NCBI GenBank assembly: GCA_043228905.1 | Contig: JBHGNT010000013.1 | Location: 19,468,001-19,532,000 of the forward strand | Length of the DNA stretch: 64,000 bases | DNA from: Azolla caroliniana | Taxonomy: Eukaryota > Plantae > Polypodiophyta | Direction of reading: 5' to 3' | In this document: in pieces, positions 52,585 through 64,000 of the stretch | Layout: each line of letters begins with the position of its first letter | Numbering within the stretch: position 1 is the first letter of the stretch | Program-made: the position numbers and the translations under genes | The notes under the pieces: generated by a model | What the model was told of the DNA's origin: nothing | The model's database searches: none | Seen by the model: only the letters and a program-made list of their open reading frames with translations

Positions 52585-55021
52585 GTCTCTCATATGTCTC
52601 ACTCTCATATATTGTATCCATATTCCATTAAAATAACTGTGTTAACAGCCCTAACAAAACTAAGAGCATGTATTGGCCAATACATGATAGTGGCTATCTC
52701 TCACCTGTTTGTATCCATATATTCTGTTGAAAAAGGGTTAAAATATGGCCCTAACAATGATTGCGCTTATTTTGATGTATGAATAGTCTGGTTAGGGGAG
52801 CATAATCAATTGTCTTCTTTCTTCAATGTCTGTAACATTTTTGCTGTTTGAAGAGTTTTGAGTTTATGTGATTCATTCAATAGTTCAAATGAAAAAAAGA
52901 AAGTACTGCTCATTATGTTCGATAAATAATTGCTATTCGACCGCTGGATTTTCTAGAAAGTTCAATTGAAAACCTTTAATTCATGGCAAACACAATTCAG
53001 AAGGTAGCTCAAAAGCTTGTTAACAAGCAGATATTAGAAGTGAAGCAAGTTTTTAAATCTTGGTATTAAGATATTTTAAAAGAATAGAGCGTTCATCCAT
53101 GCTAATGTCAGTGTATAACAAGCTCGACACAAATGAGAATCTAAAGAACCATTGGGATTGTGATTGTTGAATCTGTGATATAGGGGATTCTTGTACTGTA
53201 GCAAAAAGTATAAACAAACCTGTATATATGGGGCAAAAAACTGTGCTCCACAAAGAGTGGCATTATCCTCATTCTTGTTGTCTTAACTTTCATCATATCT
53301 AGTTTCAAATCCATGATTATGTAATGAGCTTGAAGAGCGTACACATTTTAAATAATAATGCCTCCTTTGGGGAAGGCTAGCTCAAGCTTTCAAACCATAG
53401 GAACTCAACCCATATTCATACATCACCTCAAGTTTTCCATAATTACTCCATTATCAATGTATTGAGAAGTCACCATTGAGTGAGAAGTGAATGTCAATGA
53501 CAATAGAGATTGTGTATACTGAGGCATTTAACATAGAGGCCATATCAATAGTAGATAATGGAGATCATTCCTATCATATTCATTATACTTGAGCACAACT
53601 GGATATAGTCATTGAACTTTGTCATAGCCCCACTCCATGGCATCAACCGATGCTAGATATCACACATCACTCCGAATTCCATACATAATGGTTATGCACA
53701 TCATGTTTGATCAATTATGGTGGTTTAGCAAGCTTAGAGCTTTTTATTTTCCAAAATTTGATAACTTCAAATCACCTATTTTTGTAATCATGACTTGCCT
53801 TGCAAGTTGAAGATGGCCTCTTGTAGAAAATATATCTTTCTTTCTTCCAATCTCTTGTGAAATAACAACTTAACCATAACTTAAGTTGGTCGTTTGGTGG
53901 TGTTTGTAAATCCACAATATGATCTAGTCACTATTATATAAAAGGGTCAATGTTGGTATAGTACAAGTTGTAGATTATACTACATTTCTAGGAACAAGGG
54001 GGGTTGTCAACTACTTGATGACCCATAATGCATAAATATCGTGAAACAACTAACACGCCTTTAATCCAATGCCTTTAATGGGCAAGCAATATAGTACCAT
54101 TCAACAACATTGACCAATTTTATATGGGCACTAGGGAAGAACATAAAACAATGGCCGAACCTAGAGATAACCCTTGGTAATGCCCACTATCATTTGTAGA
54201 GTGCCACTCCCACTTTAGAGGACTATTGTCCTTGCTACCATTTGTGTCAACCCTCTATCGATAAGCAATCACCAACACCTTTGAGGACCGATTTCCTCTT
54301 CTCCATAGACATATCGTAATGGACTTTGGTGAAAGAAGCCTACTAACGACCAACTAAAATCATTCTTTATCATAATTAGAGTCACATCTAGGCTTCTTGC
54401 TATTGGATAGAAGCCTCACAATGAATACAATGTACCTTCACCCTTTCCCTTGTCTTCATCCTTATCGTTCGACATGTGGCCGTCCTTTTAGAGGGTCTTC
54501 AAGTGAGATTCCCTCATGGTGATGCATGATGACGGGATAGGACCCTTGACGTGGCCTTGTGTGCATGGTCTTGAGGTTGAAGATTACGAAATGATCATAC
54601 GTGCTTCTAGATTTCAATCAAGTGGTTGCCCATTTCACGTTCCTCAACCGTAAGTTGCCAGGACATATATATATACATATATATATATATGACTATTGAT
54701 TTGTTGAATGCTTGAGAGCTCCTCACGTAGCATGATATGCTCATGGCACACACCAGATCATCACCAAAAGCTTCATATCATGATGATCATGATCAGGATT
54801 CATGATCATCATCTAAGCTTTTCATCTAAAACGCTCTCAACCTAATGAGCCAACAAACAAAGCAAATAATAGCGCCTTTAAAAAGAAGAAGAGGAAGGAA
54901 GGAAGGAAAACTAATACATATACATTCATTGTATGTATAAACAAAATCTAACGCACGCAATAGAAACCTCTTCTTCTTCTTCTTCTTCTTCTTCTTCTTC
55001 TTCGATATCAAAAATCGAAAC

Positions 55022-58000
55022 ATGGCAGACAAATTGGCTCCATCGCAGAGACACAAATTCCTGCACGAAGGTTTTCAACTACGTGTCTCTCCATCCCTCC
55101 CTCCCTCTCTATCTCTCTCTCTATTCTTGTGTATTTTTCTGTCTGTTTTTCTCTCATTCTCACCCTGTCTCCTTTCTTTCGGTCTCAATTTCCTTTTAAC
55201 GTTTTCTGTGCAGGACGGACTGTCTTCGAATGGGACCAGACCCTTGATGAGGTGAATTTGTACATAGACTTACCTAAGGATGTGCCAAAGCGCCTCTTTT
55301 GTTGTTCCATCAAGTCCACGCATGTAGAGGCTGGGATCAAAGGAAATCCACCATATCTCAATGTACATAATCATTCCATTGTAACTCATTTTTCGTGTAT
55401 GTATGGCATGGATGTACATATGTGATGTATGTAGTGTTTTGTGAATGTATGCATGCCATGTATTCCTTCCTATATCCTACATCTTGTTGGGTTTTAATGC
55501 ATGTATAAATTCTTTTTGTATGTTATGTCTCATGGTATGTAAGAATTCTATATTATATCTCGTATTTTGTTACATCTCAGTTAGCTAAGATACCTTTTGC
55601 TTTAATTTGTTCCGTTTTGTTTTGTTTTCTTCATGTTTAGCATGATTTGGCTGGTCCTGTGAAGCTTGATGGATCTTTTTGGACAATTGGTTAGAGCTCT
55701 CCTCCCTCATCTCTTCAGTTATCTTATTTCTATTTCTAACAGTGTAAACAAAAGAGCTAGCAACTTCAGTTCGTTTGAAACTGACATCAATTTGATCGGA
55801 TATGGGAAAAAATCCAATCAAATACCATTTTAACAAATCGAATTGACCAGAACAAATCAGTTTTCTATTTCGGAATAATGAGAGCAATGTCTAATCCAAT
55901 GGCAGCTTTGGTGGCTGCAACAGCTATTGTGAATAAACAAAAGAATTCTCCCTTCATTTGCTGGATTGAATCAGCAAAATGAAGATGAGAGAATGCTATA
56001 ATGCTAATATTAATTGCATTAACTATTAGTTAAGAAATTGGCAGAATCAGTTGTTCTTCCTTTCTCAGAATCATGGTCAACAAGCACTAGATGCTGCAAG
56101 AAATGATTGTTACATTCCAAGATAAAAATTCAATCTTGTTCTTTTTGAGTCATTTATCCTCTGGATGTTTTGAACAAAAGAAGCAATGGAAAAGCCTTTC
56201 AGAAGTTTTTTCTTGGAATTTTTGGGAAAAGAATGCAAAAGTTGATCCTCAAAATGGTCTTAGACAAAAATCTTATCTCTCACTTGGGTATGACCCTGAC
56301 CATTCCTGCACCTAGACAATCCAGTCGATAACATACACATCTAGTCAGACAACAGTGGTATTGTAGATGTGCCCCATTGCAAACATTTCTGTTTGTAATC
56401 AGTCAACTTCTTTGAATGGACTAAAAGGAACGAGTATGACTGGGAAAGAAGATGACTCTAGATGTCAGCATATGGACTTGTGGGAAAATTATTTTTAGTT
56501 TATCGATTCCTCAAACTATACATAAATCTTTTTTCAGGGAGTGTTGTTTTTTGCCTTCTTTTTTATTTTCAGAAGCTCAACTCCATGGAGTGTTGTGGCT
56601 GAACTTGATGATAACTGAGGCTCAACATGTTTATATTGCATTCCAAGCTCTTTCATATGTGTTTATGTTTTAGGATACTTCTGTGGATTTGTATCGATGT
56701 GTATTTGCCACATGGAAAAACTATGCTATTTTTTATATTTGATGTAATTACCAGCATAGTTTCTGGTCATGTCTGAAACAAAGAAATAAACGAATTACTT
56801 TATCATCTGTGATGAAATTATGATGGAACAACTTCTTGGTCTTGTAGTCATCTCTAATATTGAAGTTAGCCTAGATACACTTGTTTGTGTAGAAAAGATG
56901 GTCAGAACCTTGAAGTCTTTAGATTTTTGTGGTTCTGTTTTCTCAGGACTGTTACGAGGCTGAGATTTAGAAGAGACAGAACTCTAAGGGGTCAAAAACA
57001 CCCTCCCATATGCTGTTTTCTGCTTCTTTCCAAAAACATCCTACCATATGCCAAGGAGCCACCCCCTATCCCATCTTTGTGATTCCCTTGGATTTGTATG
57101 GTGCCAGTCCACTAATCTTTCCTTACCTGGGGAGATATATGTGAAACCTTCATCCATTGTTAGTCCATCACCTTAAATAAGTTGGACAATGACAGGCCAA
57201 GATATGCGTTTTGCAGATCCCTCTCATGCAGCCAGAACCTCCAATAACAGTGATTGATCTTCATGCTCATTCTAAAAGAAACCTGATAAGTTGGGTTCAA
57301 GAACCTCGTTTTAGCCTGTCCCAGACTCATGAGTAGAACAATATTCCTTTTCTGAATCCATACTTGTTCTGTAAGAAACAAGACACTATCGACTATGAAC
57401 CAGGAGAAAGAAAACTGTAATAACCCAAATGATCAGAACTTGCTTTATCATCTAGTTTCTTTCAACTCAAGCTGGGATTGAGAATCCCTCTTTGCTTGTC
57501 TCAGACTCATGAGTAAAACAGCATTCCTCTTCTGAGTCCATTCTTGGTTCTAAACTATGACCTAGGAGAAATAAAACCTTGAGACATTTCACGTTTCAAA
57601 TATTTTGAAACTATTTCCCAGTGACCTTTTGTTACTTGCATAACCATAACTGATCATGAGATACTTTTCTGCAGTGTTCCCTAATCTTATGATGAGTACG
57701 TGCGGGTTAATTCCGAAAGTAATGAGGGTATGAACTATAATATTCAATACTACAATATGAGATTACTATTAAGTGTGTTTGAACACACTAGGGCCTAGGG
57801 TTTTTGCCTATATAAGAAGACTAGCTACCTTTTTATTAGAGAGGCTTGACTTATGTTGAGTCTATGTCAGTGTGGCTATGGCTGTTGTTAGCTAAGCACG
57901 GACGATCCTTGCAGAACATAGGCACAACTCACATCAACCCGTGATAGCATGGGACATCAAGGAGGTTTGGGTTCGTCTTATGCTGTTGCTAGGGGGTGAT

Positions 58001-61000
58001 CGGGTGGTTTGACACCCCTCTTTCTTTTCTTTGGTCTATACTTCCTCATGTTTTGCTTACTTAATTAGTTAGACTCTAATACATTTGTTGGGGACGGTAA
58101 CAAATTGTATGTGCATGTGTGCATTTGTCAATGATGGTCATGAACACCATTTTTGTTAAGGCTTTGTCAGAAATAGAAGAGTCTATCAACTGGGTTGATG
58201 TTAAGGTGAGTTCAGGTGGCAGTAGACTCTGATGGGTGGTGCTAGGATGGTGGCAATGCTACCGATTCTCAGGGCCCTTGTGAAGCTTGATTAATTGAAT
58301 GGAGTGAAAGGGAAGGTGTCGTTGACTAGTTTAAGATCCTATGTAATAGAAGGGAAACTACTAATCAAGTGGATTAATTAGTAGTGAATAATCCCTTTTG
58401 TCATTTGTTTGTCACTTCACCAAAATCAAATCAACATGCTGTGTCAAAAATTCAGAACAGGAAAAAACACACGTTTTTGTAATGTGATACAATAGAGGAC
58501 TTCGAACTGGATGAGAAAGTTACCCATCACATATTAGTTATGCACTTCATACTTGTAAACCATCTCCAAAATCATTCCATTCCGTCACATGGATCCATCG
58601 GAATCCTGGAGCTCTATATCACCCATATCTGTAAAGATCCTTCTCTTTCTCTTTGTAGAGCTGCTCAATAGTTTCTCTAATATTTGCCTAATCAGTTTAT
58701 TTCTGAAATGTTTACCTAATCTCTGTGTTCATGCCCTCTGCATTTTCTGAAATGTTTCCCTAATTTTTTCATTTTTGCAAAATTTCTGAAATGCTAGCTT
58801 AATCTCTGAAATGTTTCTTTGCAAGGTTTACTAGTTTCACAAAGAAATCAAATTTAGACCTCAAGGATGACATGGCATAGTACCTAAAAGATGAAATATC
58901 CTCAAAGAAGGTTGAAATAGTAGCTATTAAATTTGATTTACAAAAGGATAAGACGTAATGGAAAATGCATCTTCTAAAGACGATGTAAATGCTGACATGA
59001 GCAAAGATGGCCAAAGATGCCAAAAGCTCATGCTGAGCATGCTCAGAAAATAATTAAAGCAATCACTCCTTGGACAAAGTTAGTGAGAAAGAAAAAAGGA
59101 ACACCAGCAGATACAATGAATGATGAACGCTTACATTAGAAGAAGCAGGCAAAAGGAAGCTCATGTTGTTGGTTAAGCTGGAAAAGGAATCCCACAAGAA
59201 GATGGCAAGAATCTTAGAACAAAGATTAGGGAATAAATATTCCATTTGCTTCAGCATGGAGGGTGGGAAGAGATGAATCTAGAGCCAGAGTTCTATTTAT
59301 CTGTTTAAGGAGGTGCAAGCATAGATGAATGCCTGATGGGACCTCCAGCTCTTATACCAATAAAATAGTTCACCATCTTTGGTAGACCTATTGGGTTGGC
59401 AACAGATCACACATCTACGATTTGAGGTGAAGAATGGACGCACAAAGGATATATATGCTAAGAACGAGAGTGGACTCGCTAAATACCAATTTACCGTGGA
59501 GACAGTTGATGTATATAGTTGTGGAATGTGCAATGGCCTGCTAGATTTGGGTCCTTTCGCGCCCCTTGAGGAACTCACAAAATAATTATCACACTTGGCT
59601 AAATTTTGAAGCACATGTGTACCACTTATTCTTAGGATAGGAAAGTATAGGATCATGGAAAACCTACTACACAACTGGCCTGAACTCAGTTGTGCCATGA
59701 ATATCCCCAGGCGGCCCCTGCCCACATGGCTCATGCCCAGTGAATCCACTGTTTTTAGTCCACAAAATGTAAGAAACACCATCTATCAGATACATTTTAG
59801 GAAGGCTTAAGATTATGATGCCGGAGACCCCACGATGCCAAAAAGTTATAGGACAATCATGATTAGGCATCAGTTGGCTAAACTATATGGCTCCATCCTA
59901 GAGTCAGAATTGAGTGTAAATGAATCTGTGTCAGGAAAAGTGCAATCTACCAGAATTGCATCTATATTCCCATCCTTTGACCTTATTTTCCATATTTTCT
60001 TCCACTCTGATTATTAGTTTATTAAAATTTAACCATATTAGCTTTATCATGGTTGAGCTATGATACACATATTTGAACTTTGTACATTTGTAGGTTCCAT
60101 ATTCTATATTGTAGTAGGTATACCTTGCTAATTGATAACATAAATTTATGTTGATTAATTTTCCTTATTTGACATAGAGGATGACACTATGCATATATAC
60201 TTACAAAAAAGGGAAAAAGGACAACCTTGGCCTTCTGTGATATCGGGGCATGGTGAATTGGATCCTTATACTGTTGATAAAGAGCAACGCCGGCTTATGC
60301 TCCAACGTTTCCAAGAGGAGGTTTCTATCTGAGCTTTGTATTTACATTACCTAGTCTTACCATTAATTTGTAAAGTTGTTTGTAATCTATGCATATAATA
60401 TATATTATATTCTTGCAGATGGCTGTACCTATAGCCTCATGTCAATAGTATGATGGCATATCTTATTTACCAACACACTACAAAGTTATTCGTTTATAGA
60501 GAAAAGCCCATTAATAGACTAATGGGACATGAACAGGAAGAAGATGTATATAATTGGCACTAACCTCTCTATTAGCTTCAGATAACTTATGGAATGCTAG
60601 TCAGTCTTCTCTCACTTTGGTAGCATTGATTGAGAATAGGTTTTCCATGACGTTACTATTACTGAGTCTATCATTACTCTTACAGTTTGATAGCCATTTT
60701 AAAAGGTTGGTCACACAATGAAAGGCCGTTCATATGAATATTATCTATCTTGGTCATATCACTTACAATGATGCTGGAATCACAGAATTACCTAGGCTTC
60801 TTTGCATATCGCTTACAATGATGCATATTTCCAACACAGAATTACCTAGGCTTCTTTGCAATCAAGTCACTAGAGTTTTCATTGTTCAATGATTAAGCAG
60901 TCTTTGATATATTGCTCCAAAACTGAAATCATTATTGCAATCCAGTAGTAAAAACACAGATGTCATACCCAGTTTGTGTTGGATCTGCGAAAATGCTAGA

Positions 61001-61206
61001 TGGGCAAAGATTATGGGCACCATTTCTTTGTGAAGGATAAAATATTTAAAGCATCAAAATGAAATATTAAGGCTTAGATTTTTTAAAATTTCTAAACACC
61101 CATCTTTCGTGTTTTTATGCAGCACCCAGGGTTCGATTTCTCACAAGCAGAGTTTAGTGGTACCTGTCCAAACCCCAAAACATTTATGGGGGGTATTAAA
61201 CAATGA
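55022..61206 (+). CDS. NudC-domain (CS/p23-like) co-chaperone, NudCD2/NMig1-like, 157 aa
   Basis: Exons 55022-55070, 55214-55362, 55641-55689, 60178-60320 and 61123-61206 (474 nt). Translation: MADKLAPSQRHKFLHEGRTVFEWDQTLDEVNLYI...GNPPYLNHDLAGPVKLDGSFWTIEDDTMHIYLQK...RLMLQRFQEEHPGFDFSQAEFSG. Confidence 0.94.
58860..59920 (+). mobile_element. Degenerate non-LTR retrotransposon remnant in NudC intron 3
   Basis: GDPTMPKSYRTIMIRHQLAKLYGSILE (~59823-59905) resembles the NYRPI...KL segment at the start of a LINE RT. The upstream part is only weakly recognisable. Confidence 0.45.
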
Positions 61207-62639
61207 AGTTGTATATGACATTCACTCAAGTGTGTTTTAAATGCTGTATAACAAAGATGGTATATAATTTAACATTGATATTTTCTAGACAGCATAATAT
61301 ATGATAGTGGATAAGAACACAAAATTGTATGAATGCGCTAACATCTTTTAGCATTCTTTATTCTTCAGAGTAAGTTCAAGAATTGTGTAGCCAAGTATAA
61401 ATATACAATTAAAAGTGGATAAATTTTCTAGAAAATACAACATATGATTCTGGATAAGAATACAATGTACTGAATGCACTGTTATAATTTACCATTCTTT
61501 GATCTTCAACGGGTAGGCAATTGTAGACCTCGTCACTCAATCAGAGATTGAGGTAAGCAAATATATATGCACACCTTTGGAAGAAAAATTTGCCAATTGT
61601 CTTCTTCGAGTGGAAACTGAAGAAAATTATGTTTGCCATTGTATTGCTTTATTAAGAAATGCACGAGACATACCATTGCCTTTTTAACCAATAATAATCT
61701 TGAATGCTTTCACACGCTATGCATGGTATGGAATATGAGGACCATTGTTTGGGGTGGTTCTTGCTAGAACTTGAGACAAATGGAAAGACTATCAATAAAC
61801 CTTAAACCCTAAAAAAATGTATTTAGCCTAATCACTTCTAATAAAAATCCAATGTAGAACATACATATTTCCTACTAAATCTTGTAAAGCAGCGTAAAAT
61901 ACACTAGCAGGTATTTTAGGAATAGGTCTAATTTAGCAAGATTGTGAAATACACACCATGTATTTTAGCAAGAAGTGTGTGATACGTAAGGTAATGATAT
62001 GCCATGAGTATTATTGATGCATTTACCAGGTAGTCTACCTAAGGATTGGGAATGTAGCCAACAAATGACCTTAACATATTGGGAAAAGAATTTGCACAAA
62101 TTTGTTTGTGAGAACATGCCTCCCTTGGCCTATTGCTTTAAGGTTTGAGGGAAGCATGTTGTGTGTATACCATGACCTTGATTTAGTGAGAGCATCATCA
62201 CCACATCCTTATTCTATAGTTTTCTTGTGATATTTCCTTCTTTACTTTTTTGTGCACTTAGTGAGATGCTCAATACTATGCCCTTTATATGTTTATTATG
62301 TCTCTATTGTATTGCAAATTCTTGTGAGAACTTCCCAAAGTCATACACATGTCTTTCACCTTATATGCATCGTAGCCGATTTCACTTTGATAACAATAAT
62401 AATCTTGAATGCCTCAACAAATAGATACCTGTCTTTCAAAAAATCAAGAACCATGCAAAGATATTTGATACAACACGTGCATGTCATAGATAAACATAAA
62501 ATTGTTGATACACCATGAAGCTTTTAATAAAGCTACACACATGATGTTTGAAAACGTCTAGAAATGAACATGTTTGAAAAGGGAAAAATGCGTGTTCCTT
62601 TTATTTTTATTTTTTTTCATTTATTAGTTTTACAAATCT

Positions 62640-62704
62640 AGCTCATCCTAGTGGTAAGGAGTCATGCTATTGTTGTCTATGTCTTGGGTTTGATTCCAAT
62701 TTTT

Positions 62705-62747
<43 letters not shown>

Positions 62748-63290
62748 GTACCATGTCATAGCAAAATTTTATGTTAATGTTATTATAGTTTTTTTCTTTT
62801 TTTTTTCTCTTCTTATCATTAGAACTAAGTACAATCTAGTGGTGAGTTATTGTGTTATTATTACTTGTGTCTTGGGTCCAATTCCCAACTTTCTCATATC
62901 CTCTTATTAGTGTTATGGCAAAATTTTATGTTAGTGTCATGTTCCTTTTTTTCTTTTTCTCTTTCTTTGTTATTAGAAATTAGCTTACCCTAGTGGTAAG
63001 TTGTTATGCTACTACTGCCTATGTCATGGCAAAATTTTATGTTAGTGTCATGTTCCTTTTTTTTCTTTCTTTCTTTCTTTGTTATTAGAAATTAGGTCAC
63101 CCTAGTGGTAAGTTGTTATGCTACTACTGCCTATGTCATTTTTCTTTATATTCTCGAATATACGTTTTATAAGTTTTTGATCATTTCTTTTTTTTCTTTG
63201 TTATTAGAAATTAGTTCACCCTAGTGGTAAGTTGTTAATCTACTATTGCCTATGTCATGTTTTCTTTATATTCTCGAATATACGTTTTAT
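62640..63290 (+). repeat. Tandem array of about five degenerate units with a tRNA/SINE-like head
   Basis: The unit contains CTAGTGGTAAG. The first two units also have a B-box-like GGGTTTGATTCC / GGGTCCAATTCC. A (CT)n tract lies at ~62708-62743. Confidence 0.6.
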
Positions 63291-63387
63291 GAGATTTTGA
63301 ATGTTTGATTATAATTTATAATGACATATTTTGATTCAATCTCTACAGTTCAAACTCATTTTTTTGTAAAGTTCTAAAGTGAGGATG

Positions 63388-63510
63388 ATAGAGATGTCTT
63401 GATTCCTAAGAAGCATCCCAAAAGTATGCATGTGATACAATGCAAATATTGCAACCATACTTATGTTGGTGGTTCACAATGGATTAGAGTCCACTTATTG
63501 GGATTGAGAG
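63388..63510 (+). pseudogene. BED zinc-finger fragment, probably from a hAT transposase
   Basis: IQCKYCNHTYVGGSQWIRVHLLG matches the CxxC...GG..R...HL BED pattern. Confidence 0.55.
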
Positions 63511-64000
63511 TGAATCAATATATAATATACACCATAGTCAATCCAATCCAACTTTGAGATGATTTACCATATGGTTTGATTGAATCATTCTCGAATGCGA
63601 ATGCTCATATGGTTCATTCTATGATCCCAAGTAATTGAGTTCAATTATGGTAATCATTATAAACTGAAACTTAAATGAAATGAAAATATCAATGTAATGA
63701 TTCATAAATGGAATGATTAATGATATAAGACGAGATCCTTCCATCATTCTGTAGTCTGCAGGTTACTAATTATGAACTTGGGCACATTATTTACAGGAAC
63801 AAGTGTGCATGAGACAACACATGGAAATAGTTGTATTTTTTTTACCCGAAGCAAAATATATAAAACTGACACTATCATTTTTATCTATTACATTCGAGCT
63901 CCATGTTCATCTCAACTGAGCAAAATTGTTAACATTCCCCTTTCAAAGTTAGAACCACATTTACACAACTGCATCTTTGTTTCAGAGTTTGAACCACATT

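Noticed and set aside
52900-54560. Possible transposase remnant on the minus strand between the flippase and NudC genes
   Set aside because: Only vague similarity, with no diagnostic motif I can verify.
57122-57140. CTTACCTGGGGAGATA resembling the U1 snRNA 5' end
   Set aside because: No downstream U1 stem-loops or Sm site. It is probably chance or an antisense splice-donor-like motif.
57675-58102. Possible solo LTR (TGTT...AACA with TATA box) or Cassandra-like TRIM
   Set aside because: The flanks do not form a TSD and no 5S rRNA core is present. The boundaries are unsupported.
20569-61206. Functional gene cluster (ER-shaping protein, flippase, co-chaperone, all on the plus strand)
   Set aside because: Three co-oriented housekeeping genes give no sequence evidence of co-regulation.
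1-64000. CRISPR arrays, rRNA or intact tRNA genes, prokaryotic operons
   Set aside because: None were seen. The tandem repeats lack repeat-spacer structure and the genes have spliceosomal introns.

Overview
Eukaryotic land-plant nuclear DNA. The organism is probably a non-seed plant such as a fern, inferred only from the transposon types. The first ~20 kb is a nest of decayed transposons. It holds a full-length Ty1/copia LTR element (685-5769, TSD AGGTG) inserted in the LTR of an older related copia, and two inverted 284-bp hAT-type MITEs. It also holds a near full-length L1/Tx1-like LINE with a 14-18 bp TSD, a GC-rich Ty3/gypsy gag-pol fragment interrupted by a solo LTR, and a second hAT-type MITE. 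Three intact, spliced, plus-strand genes follow: an HVA22/REEP-like protein (20569-28357), a P4-ATPase/ALA phospholipid flippase (40728-52584, 14 coding exons, ~1226 aa) and a NudC/CS-domain co-chaperone like Arabidopsis NMig1 (55022-61206, 157 aa). LINE 3' tails, copia and hAT remnants and many short tandem duplications lie between and within these genes. The most interesting observations are (1) a candidate intron-spanning 39-codon hydrophobic uORF in the flippase leader, overlapping a tiny uORF via ATGA, and (2) a -1 ribosomal frameshift signal (G_GAU_UUU, 6-nt spacer, predicted pseudoknot) in the gypsy element. Also notable are (3) a candidate poison/in-frame cassette exon in the HVA22 gene and (4) an apparent C-terminal Pol extension between two polypurine tracts in the copia element. 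All coordinates were read by hand and may be off by a few bases. No database search was run.
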